Assembly (NCBI GenBank): GCA_964433545.1
Contig: CAYSRJ010000003.1
Coordinates: 64,904-128,903, forward strand
Direction of reading: 5' to 3'
Source: an uncultured Spirochaetota bacterium
GTDB lineage: Bacteria > Spirochaetota > B62-G9 > DRHN01
Length of the DNA: 64,000 bases
Under the pieces are notes generated by a model, which worked only from the letters and a program-made list of their open reading frames with translations, was not told where the DNA came from and ran no database searches. Of the stretch, positions 1 to 6,957 are shown in pieces (position 1 is the first letter of the stretch; each line of letters starts with the position of its first letter). The translations under genes and the position numbers were made by a program.

Positions 1-152
1 TTCTGGGATTCGCCGAGGTTTTATTCGCCGGATTTCTGCCTCCGAACTACTCGGGGTACAGGGACGCCTTCGTTTTTGTTCTTCTTATCCTCATCCTGCT
101 CGTTCGACCCCAGGGGATTCTCGGATCACGAACTCGGGAGAGGAGAATCTGA
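1..152 (+). CDS. livH: branched-chain amino-acid ABC transporter permease, LivH-type, 3' end only (gene begins upstream of window)
   Basis: Frame-3 translation ...FAEVLFAGFLPPNYSGYRDAFVFVLLILILLVRPQGILGSRTRERRI* matches the conserved C-terminus of LivH-family permeases. Stop TGA at 150-152 overlaps the next start (TGATATG). Confidence 0.7.
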   Translation, partial: LGFAEVLFAGFLPPNYSGYRDAFVFVLLILILLVRPQGILGSRTRERRI

Positions 153-153
153 T

Positions 154-1179
154 ATGACAGACAAAAAACCCGTCGGACTCATCATACTCTCTCTTGTCGT
201 GCTTGGTATAATCGTCTTTTTTGTCAACACCTTTGCGAACAGCTATATAAAACGTGTTGCCAACCTGATGATGATATACATCATCCTTGCGGTAAGCCTG
301 AACCTTTTGACCGGATTTACCGGCATCGTTTCCCTCGGGCAGATAGGCTTCATGTCTATCGGCGCGTATACTTCCGCCATACTCACCCTGAGTCCCCGCC
401 TCAAGTACAGGTGGCTCATCGGGCTGCCTGAATGGCTGCAATCGGTGCACATGCATCTATTTCCTGCAATGCTCATAGGCGGTATCCTGTCGGTTATTAT
501 TGCCCTGGGAGTCGGGTATGTCATTCTGCGTCTCCGCGGTGTATATATAGCGGTGGCCACCCTTGGTTTTCTCGTCATCGTGAAGGTTATGGCTGAAAAC
601 TGGATCGGTGTCACAAGGGGAGGGCGGGGAATCTCCACGCTTCCCGGCTATACGAATCTCTGGTGGACAACGGGAGCTGCACTTGTAACGATATATGTCG
701 TATGGCGGCTGGTAAAATCACCCTACGGTCGAAAAATGACGGCAATACGGGAGCATGACCTTGCCGCGCAGAGCGTGGGCGTCCATGCGCCGAAAATACG
801 GCTCTTGTCCTTTACGGTGAGCGCCTTTTTTACCTCCATTGCCGGATCTCTCTGGGCGAATCTCATCGGTGTTGTATCGCCGGGCAGTTTCTACCTGTGG
901 CTTACCCTTCTCATTATCATCATGATGGTGGTCGGCGGAATGGGGAGCATCACGGGATCGGTTGTCTCAGTAATCGGCTTCACCATTCTTCTCGAGTGGC
1001 TGCGAAACTTCGAGAGTAGGGTTGCGGTTTACGGCATTCACTACATCCTGTTTGCGCTGATTTTTATGCTGATTATTATTTTTCGTCCCCAGGGCTTGTT
1101 TGGAACAAGAGAAATCAGCAGGGAGCAACTATCGGAGTTTATGCGCCGATTTTTAGGCCGAGGCAAAATCCGTACATAA
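154..1179 (+). CDS. livM: branched-chain amino-acid ABC transporter permease LivM-type
   Basis: ORF 76..1179; ATG at 154 (MTDKKPVGL) overlaps the livH stop. Multi-TM protein with a LivM-like C-terminus (...IIIFRPQGLFG). Confidence 0.85.
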   Translation: MTDKKPVGLIILSLVVLGIIVFFVNTFANSYIKRVANLMMIYIILAVSLNLLTGFTGIVSLGQIGFMSIGAYTSAILTLSPRLKYRWLIGLPEWLQSVHMHLFPAMLIGGILSVIIALGVGYVILRLRGVYIAVATLGFLVIVKVMAENWIGVTRGGRGISTLPGYTNLWWTTGAALVTIYVVWRLVKSPYGRKMTAIREHDLAAQSVGVHAPKIRLLSFTVSAFFTSIAGSLWANLIGVVSPGSFYLWLTLLIIIMMVVGGMGSITGSVVSVIGFTILLEWLRNFESRVAVYGIHYILFALIFMLIIIFRPQGLFGTREISREQLSEFMRRFLGRGKIRT

Positions 1180-1282
1180 GAAGGGAGGTGAGAGTGAAAT
1201 AGCATACGGTCACGATTAAGCCGACCGTAGATCAACTGAGCAATAGAGAGGTTTAAAAAATACACATATACGGAGGTGTACA

Positions 1283-2440
1283 ATGCGTAAGTTATTTATT
1301 CTTTTTCTGGTTGCAGCACTGGTTCTGGGCGCTCAGTTCGCCTTTGCCGGAAAAGGGGGAAACACGATCAAGATCGGCGCCATCGAGAACCTTACCGGTT
1401 CACAGGCGTCCCTTGATGCGCCATCTCTGAACGGAGTCAAGCTTGCCTTGAAGGAGGCCAATGATGCAGGCGGCGTGCTTGGTAAAAAAATCGAGCTCGT
1501 GGTTCGAGACGGCAAGTCCGATCCCGCAACCCTCGCTGTTGCTGCCGATGACCTTGTGAGAAAGGGTGTGGTAGCAATTACCGGTCTCAGTGACACAACT
1601 ATGGTTCTCGCGGCTGCACCTGCAGCTCAAAAAGCCGGTATACCCTTTGTTACCTCAGGCGCAACAGCACCCACCCTTCCAGATGAGGTTGGCGATTATT
1701 TGTTCATGGAGCCGTTCGGTGACAATGTGCAGGCAGCGGCAGCTGCGGAATACGCCTACCAGCAGGGCGCACGAACCGTGTGGATTCTCTACGACAAGGC
1801 CATGGACTATACCCTCCTGCTTCAGAAGTACTTCGCCGAGCGTTTCAAGCAAATGGGGGGTAAAATTATTTCAAGCGACACCTATCAGACGGGTGACACC
1901 GACTTCAGGGCTCAGCTTACACGCCTTAAGGCACTGAGCCCCCAGCCCGATATACTCTTTATTTCATCAGGACCGGATGATATCGGGACGATCATAAAAC
2001 AGGTGCGTGAGCTTGGAATCAACGCACCGATCGTCGGCGGTGACGGGTATGACACGCCCCTTCTCGTTGAGGTAGCCGGTTCCGACGCAGCGGATAATGT
2101 GTACTTTACCACACATATATCCTTTGACTCTCCCAAGGCCAAGGCATTTTCGGCAAAGTACAAGAAGATGTTCGGCCATGAACCGGAAAACGCCTTTGCC
2201 GCTCTGGGGTACGATGCCTTCAACCTGATCGTCGATGCAATCAAGCGGGCAGGCAGCGATGATCCCAAGGCGATTCGTGACGCCATCGCCGCAACAAAGG
2301 GATTTGAAGGTGTAACCGGCACAATCAATTATCCTCGCGGAAAGAGGGTGCCACAGAAATCGGTCACTATTATCCAGGTTAAAAAGGGCAAGTTCTTATT
2401 TTTAAACGAGGTCATGCCAAAAGAGATACCTACTCCATAA
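1283..2440 (+). CDS. livK: Leu/Ile/Val-binding periplasmic substrate-binding protein (LivK/LivJ family)
   Basis: Signal peptide MRKLFILFLVAALVLGAQFAFA. Mature N-terminus TIKIGAIENLTGSQASLDAPSLNGVKLALKEANDAGGVLGKKIELVVRDGKSDPA is typical of the Leu/Ile/Val-binding family. SD GGAGG lies upstream. Confidence 0.85.
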   Translation: MRKLFILFLVAALVLGAQFAFAGKGGNTIKIGAIENLTGSQASLDAPSLNGVKLALKEANDAGGVLGKKIELVVRDGKSDPATLAVAADDLVRKGVVAITGLSDTTMVLAAAPAAQKAGIPFVTSGATAPTLPDEVGDYLFMEPFGDNVQAAAAAEYAYQQGARTVWILYDKAMDYTLLLQKYFAERFKQMGGKIISSDTYQTGDTDFRAQLTRLKALSPQPDILFISSGPDDIGTIIKQVRELGINAPIVGGDGYDTPLLVEVAGSDAADNVYFTTHISFDSPKAKAFSAKYKKMFGHEPENAFAALGYDAFNLIVDAIKRAGSDDPKAIRDAIAATKGFEGVTGTINYPRGKRVPQKSVTIIQVKKGKFLFLNEVMPKEIPTP

Positions 2441-2478
2441 GTAGATGCGGAGTGAAGATGATCTCTGCCGTTTCATCA

Positions 2479-2523
2479 CTGCAGGTGCGCTTTTCCGGGG
2501 ACATTTCCCGGTGCGCATCTGCA
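2479..2523 (+). other. long imperfect stem-loop (ctgcaggtgcgc ... gcgcatctgcag) downstream of livK
   Basis: 12-nt arms with one mismatch around a structured loop (ccggggacatttcccgg). No T-run follows, so it may be a processing or attenuation structure rather than a classic terminator. Confidence 0.3.
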
Positions 2524-2588
2524 GATATAATGGATGGTATTCGGACGCTTCATGTTGGGACAATGTCGAAGATGCCGTAGGTGCTGTC

Positions 2589-2632
2589 AAGTACCGAAGG
2601 TGCCTGTGGTACTGAAAGTACCGCCGGTGCCC
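2589..2632 (+). promoter_or_regulatory. two 16-bp direct repeats AAGTACCG(AA/CC)GGTGCC in the 5' region of the creatininase/LeuA-like operon
   Basis: aagtaccgaaggtgcc at 2589-2604 and aagtaccgccggtgcc at 2616-2631, about 230 bp upstream of the start at 2855. Possible regulator-binding sites. Confidence 0.25.
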
Positions 2633-2854
2633 GTTCCCCTGGTACAAGCCATCGGCTTGATGCAGAGAATGTTGTGCCTGTCAGCCTTGAAAGGATTCAG
2701 TGATTAAAAACCGAACCGTATTGAAATGTTTTATTGAGCTGCACGCGGTCTATTGACCGTATACGGATAGAGAAACCGGAAGTACTGTTTGTAGATGCAG
2801 GGCAGCTGGAAGTGTAAAGAAAGTTCGCACTGTTACCGTACAAGGAGATACAGT

Positions 2855-3610
2855 ATGGATGAATATTTAGTTGAAGGATTAACTTCAAGCAGGTTCAAAG
2901 AAAAAGGTTTCGAAATTGCACTTGTTGCCGTCGGCTCCACAGAAACACACGGCTCCCACCTGCCGCTTTCCACCGATACATATGTCGCCTATGAGATTGC
3001 AAAAGCGGTCGCAAAACAGATTAAAAAAGCGTTTGTCGCGCCCCCTCTGTTTTTCGGAATGAGCGAACACTACCGTCAGGGGGCCTTTTTTATATCATTG
3101 AAACCGGAAAATTTGATATCAGTTCTTACCGACATCTTTGATTCCATCTACAGCAACGGTATCACACGCATTATCATGATAAACGGGCATGACGGGAACA
3201 TCGCTCCTCTCGAAGTAGCGGGAAGAAATTTCAAGGTTCATCACAAAGATGTTGTCATTGCTGTTCTCGAAAAATGGTGGGAGCTTCCCGGCAAAGTGCT
3301 GCCGGAGGGATTTTTCGAGGTGTGGGAGGGACTCGGTCATGCAGGTGAAGGGGAAACCTCCATGTGTCTGCACCTGTTTCCCGGTCTTGTCGAGATGGAT
3401 AAGGCGAAGGGCAGGGTGCCGTATCTGCCGAAAAACCTCGATGTGAAATGGGATTTCTCAGAGCTGACGGACACAGTTGCAACCGGTGATCCCACAAAGG
3501 CTACAGCTGAAAAGGGTAAAAAGATGATGGAAGTCGTCGTCGACGCAGTTGTCTCTTTTATAGAGGAGATGGATGAAAAAAAATGGCAGTACGGGTTTAA
3601 AACCTTTTGA
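2855..3610 (+). CDS. creatininase-family metal-dependent amidohydrolase (paralogue 1)
   Basis: MDEYLVEGLTSSRF...IALVAVGSTETHGSHLPLSTDTY carries the creatinine-amidohydrolase family signature (GS-E-HG-HLPL-TD). ATG follows SD AAGGAGA. Confidence 0.8.
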   Translation: MDEYLVEGLTSSRFKEKGFEIALVAVGSTETHGSHLPLSTDTYVAYEIAKAVAKQIKKAFVAPPLFFGMSEHYRQGAFFISLKPENLISVLTDIFDSIYSNGITRIIMINGHDGNIAPLEVAGRNFKVHHKDVVIAVLEKWWELPGKVLPEGFFEVWEGLGHAGEGETSMCLHLFPGLVEMDKAKGRVPYLPKNLDVKWDFSELTDTVATGDPTKATAEKGKKMMEVVVDAVVSFIEEMDEKKWQYGFKTF

Positions 3611-3629
3611 TACATATTTATCTGAAAAA

Positions 3630-5012
3630 ATGAAAGAACACCCTCTTCAAGAAGTCAAACGTCCCAAACTTCTGAAGAGCACCTTTCCCTATTCAATCCC
3701 GCCGCGCATACGGTTTGAAGATAAGATCAAAGACACAATCGACGGCAGGGAAATCGAGTTCGACACACCATCTGTCGAGAAAAGAGATCTCTTCATTACC
3801 GACACTACGTTCCGAGACGGCCAGCAATCACGCCCTCCCTACTCCGTCGAACAGACAAAAAAAATATTTGAGATGCTCTCGAAAGCCGGAGGCCCGCAGG
3901 GTGTTATCCGCCAGTCGGAGTTTTTCCTGTACACAAGGCAGGATAGGGCGAAGGTCGATGCCTGTAGGGAACTTGGCCTCAAATACCCCGAAATAACAGG
4001 GTGGATCAGAGCCCAGAAAGGCGAGCTCAGACCGGTGAAAGAAATGGGGCTGCGGGAGACCGGTATGCTCACCTCGTGCTCCGACTATCACATATTCTAC
4101 AAGCAGAAGCAGACCAGAAGAAAAGCTGCTGATCAGTATATACATGCCGTGGAGGATGCTCTTGAAGCGGGGATCAGACCGCGATGCCACCTGGAGGATA
4201 TCACCAGGGCGGATATTAAAGGATTTGTAATACCGTTTGTTCAGCGGCTTGAACGGCTTACCGAACAGAAGCCTGATTCCCTCAAAATAAAGATCCGCCT
4301 CTGCGATACAATGGGATTCGGTCTGTTTCTCCCGGGTATACCGGAGCCCAGGTCCATACCGAAGCTCATCTGGCTGATGATCAACGAGTGTGGTATACCG
4401 GGTGAGCGTCTTGAGTGGCATGGTCATAACGACTTTCACAAGGTGCACAGCAATGCCCTGGCTGCCTGGGTATACGGGGCCGACTCGGTAAACACGACCC
4501 TTTTCGGCCTCGGGGAGCGCACAGGAAACCCCCCGCTTGAAGGAGCGCTTGTCGAGTACGTGTCCATCAAGGGCAGGCTAAACGGCATACAACTTCCGGT
4601 CATAACACAGCTTGCCGACTACTATCAGTCTTCGATAGATGCCGCTGTACCCGCAAACTACCCGTTTGTCGGACGTGATTTCAACACGACGAGGGCAGGT
4701 ATTCATGCGAGGGGGCTTCGCAAAAACGAGAAGATTTACAGTATCTTTGATACAGCTGCGCTGTTGAACAGTCCGCCGAAGGTGGCCATCACCGATAAAT
4801 CTGGCACAGACGGTATAGCGCTCTGGGTAAACAATTTTCTCGGTTTGAAAGGGGATGAACGGCTTGCCCTGACAAAGGTCGTACGGATCCAGCGCTGGGT
4901 AATGGATCAGTATGAAAAAGAGGGGCGGCTTACCGCGATCTCAGAGAAGGAGCTTGCCGAACAGGTGAAGCTTCATTTCCCCGACCTGTACAGGAAAAAA
5001 AGACATGAATGA
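3630..5012 (+). CDS. DRE-TIM metallolyase, 2-isopropylmalate / homocitrate / citramalate synthase-like
   Basis: FITDTTFRDGQQS substrate/metal motif and HGHNDFHKVHSNALAAWVYGADSVNTTLFGLGERTGNPPLE (HxH..GERTGN) as in LeuA/NifV/CimA. An alternative start at 3573 would overlap the upstream gene by 38 nt. Confidence 0.7.
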   Translation: MKEHPLQEVKRPKLLKSTFPYSIPPRIRFEDKIKDTIDGREIEFDTPSVEKRDLFITDTTFRDGQQSRPPYSVEQTKKIFEMLSKAGGPQGVIRQSEFFLYTRQDRAKVDACRELGLKYPEITGWIRAQKGELRPVKEMGLRETGMLTSCSDYHIFYKQKQTRRKAADQYIHAVEDALEAGIRPRCHLEDITRADIKGFVIPFVQRLERLTEQKPDSLKIKIRLCDTMGFGLFLPGIPEPRSIPKLIWLMINECGIPGERLEWHGHNDFHKVHSNALAAWVYGADSVNTTLFGLGERTGNPPLEGALVEYVSIKGRLNGIQLPVITQLADYYQSSIDAAVPANYPFVGRDFNTTRAGIHARGLRKNEKIYSIFDTAALLNSPPKVAITDKSGTDGIALWVNNFLGLKGDERLALTKVVRIQRWVMDQYEKEGRLTAISEKELAEQVKLHFPDLYRKKRHE

Positions 5013-5039
5013 CACACCCATTCAAAGGTTATCCGGACG

Positions 5040-5064
5040 CTTTGCGTCCGGATAGTGTACCTGT
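5040..5064. repeat. REP-like palindrome TATCCGGACGCtttGCGTCCGGATA (copy 1 of 2)
   Basis: Perfect 10-bp arms between the convergent LeuA-like and ompA-like genes. A near-identical palindrome occurs at 39062-39086. Confidence 0.45.
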
Positions 5065-5107
5065 TTTGTACAGGCACCGTTATACCTCGTTTCGCATCAT
5101 ACAATGG

Positions 5108-5135
5108 CATTATAAACCGGGTAGAATGCACCCGG
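5108..5135 (-). terminator. putative rho-independent terminator of the ompA-like gene
   Basis: On the minus strand, CCGGGTgcattctACCCGG followed by TTTATAA, immediately after the stop at 5143. Confidence 0.4.
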
Positions 5136-5142
5136 CAGCGTA

Positions 5143-5841
5143 TCACATAACCCCTTCAAAGATTACGATAACCCGTCTGTTTTTGCGCCGCCCTGCCTTT
5201 GTTTCGTTTGTCGCAACAGGGTACAGCTCACCAAACGCCCGGATGCCGATTATCTCCGGATCGATACCGAGCTCAGACACCAGGGATTGTCTTACATTTT
5301 CAGCCCGCTCACGGGAGAGTTTGTAGTTGTGCGCTTCCGTGCCCACGCGATCCGCATATCCCTCCACGATAACTTGGGTAAGCTTGGCCGTGGGGTGAGC
5401 CTTCATAAAATTCACAGCCTCATCACGTTCGTTGAGATACTCAGGCTTTATATGAGCACTGTCGATATCGAATTCGAGAGTATACTCTATTTTGAATTTC
5501 TCGCCCTCCTCGACCGCACATCCATGGGCATCGACAATGGTTCCCGGTGCCGTGTCCGGGCACCTGTCTATATCATCCGGAATGCCGTCGCCGTCGCTGT
5601 CCACCTCGACAGCCGTCACCTGCGGCTCGGCCTGCGTTTCAGCTTGCGCTTCAACCTTTTCAGGCTCTTTTTTCTCGGGTTCCTGGGGCTGGGGTTCAGC
5701 CTCTGCCTGTTTCTCAGCCTGCTGCTCAACTGCAGGCTCCTCTTTGACGCTTTCGGATTTTGTTGCGCACCCCGAAAAGACAAGGAGTACGGAAAAAAAC
5801 ACGACACCTGTTATAGTCGGAATTTTCATCAGTTTCAGCAA
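5143..5841 (-). CDS. OmpA-family peptidoglycan-binding lipoprotein with thrombospondin-type-3 (DxDGDGIPD) repeat and an E/Q/A/P-rich linker
   Basis: Lipobox ...LLVFSGC. DSDGDGIPDDIDRCPDT. C-terminal OmpA-like domain (VIVEGYADRVGTEAHNYKLSRERAENV ... NRRV). The probable start is TTG, 6 nt after GGAGGG. Confidence 0.8.
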   Translation of the reverse strand: MLKLMKIPTITGVVFFSVLLVFSGCATKSESVKEEPAVEQQAEKQAEAEPQPQEPEKKEPEKVEAQAETQAEPQVTAVEVDSDGDGIPDDIDRCPDTAPGTIVDAHGCAVEEGEKFKIEYTLEFDIDSAHIKPEYLNERDEAVNFMKAHPTAKLTQVIVEGYADRVGTEAHNYKLSRERAENVRQSLVSELGIDPEIIGIRAFGELYPVATNETKAGRRKNRRVIVIFEGVM

Positions 5842-5917
5842 TTCTTCCCTCCTTTCAGTACACTAGGTAAAAAATATTCTATTACGTTTTTATTTAAAAG
5901 TACAGCAATTTCAGGGC

Positions 5918-6925
5918 TCAATTTTTCATGCTCGAATCGATCACTTTATCAAGCTTTTCGAGGAATTCCCTCTCTGAAAGCTCATACTTATTTATAAACT
6001 GCATGGTACCTATCTGCAGTTTCATACCCTCGGTCAAATTGGTTTTTTTGATAAACACGACCAGTATGTTCTTGTTTTCAGTAAAGGCAAGATTAATTTC
6101 GTTTCTCACGTTCCGCGACATCGCCGCATGAGGACTCATAAGAACGAGAAATTGGGTACAGTTGACAATAGCTTTCCCGACGATCTCGGGCCATTCATTT
6201 CCAGGCTCTATCCCCTCATCATACCATATTCGGTAGCGCTTCCTGTGAAGTTTTTTTATGATGCTGAAGACCGCTTTCATATCCTCATGTGCGTAGCTTG
6301 TAAAAAGGTATGAACGCACTCCATGATAAGCCTCAAAAGGCGGCTTGATCGGCGGCGCATGTCCCGTTCCTTTACTCTTTAAGGGTGATGTCTTCCTGGC
6401 GGGCTTTTTTGGAGCAGAGGTTTTTGCGGATACCTTTAGAGACGATTCCCGGTCCTTTTTCGCTGGTGATTTCTTTGCAGAGATCTTTTTTTGCACCTTT
6501 TTATCAGAGGTTTTAATTGCTGCTATTTTTTTTGCCGTGGATGTCTTTTTTGTCCCGGTACCCTTTTTTGCAGAAGCCCTGGTTGAAAGATCTTTCGAAG
6601 CAGTCGATCCGCCTTTCTTTGCCGCGGTTTTCTTCGTTCGTGATTTCGAAACAGCAGCAGGGGACGCCTTTCTTCCCGATAGTCCGGCCGAGGCTTTTAT
6701 CTTTGACCGGGCTTTTGATTTCGGTGTTTTTACTGATGCCGCAGTTTTTACTGCTGCCGTTTTATTTGAGCTCTTCGTTGCGGATTTTTTTGCAGAAGAT
6801 GTCAAGGTTTTTCCTGTCGACTTTGCGGCTTTTTTACCGGGTGCCCGTGAGGCAGATTTCAAATTCTGCTTCTTTTTAGCTGGAGTCCGGCTTTTTCTTG
6901 TCGCCTTCTTACTTCTCATGAACAT
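5918..6925 (-). CDS. TIR-domain protein with about 200-aa histone-H1-like Lys/Ala/Ser/Thr-rich N-terminal tail
   Basis: The C-terminal roughly 135 aa (SYLFTSYAHEDMKAVFSIIKKLHRKRYRIWYDEGIEPGNEWPEIVGKAIVNCTQFLVLMSPHAAMSRNVRNEINLAF...) fit the bacterial TIR fold: the conserved FISY-hED motif, then W-D, then the FLVLLSP-S motif. The N-terminus is low-complexity KKAAK/KTSAK repeats. Start chosen at the ATG 8 nt after GGGGAGAT (MFMRSKK); the track ORF extends to 7045. Confidence 0.8.
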   Translation of the reverse strand: MFMRSKKATRKSRTPAKKKQNLKSASRAPGKKAAKSTGKTLTSSAKKSATKSSNKTAAVKTAASVKTPKSKARSKIKASAGLSGRKASPAAVSKSRTKKTAAKKGGSTASKDLSTRASAKKGTGTKKTSTAKKIAAIKTSDKKVQKKISAKKSPAKKDRESSLKVSAKTSAPKKPARKTSPLKSKGTGHAPPIKPPFEAYHGVRSYLFTSYAHEDMKAVFSIIKKLHRKRYRIWYDEGIEPGNEWPEIVGKAIVNCTQFLVLMSPHAAMSRNVRNEINLAFTENKNILVVFIKKTNLTEGMKLQIGTMQFINKYELSEREFLEKLDKVIDSSMKN

Positions 6926-6957
6926 AGTCATATCTCCCCTGTACAAATGTATCCGAT

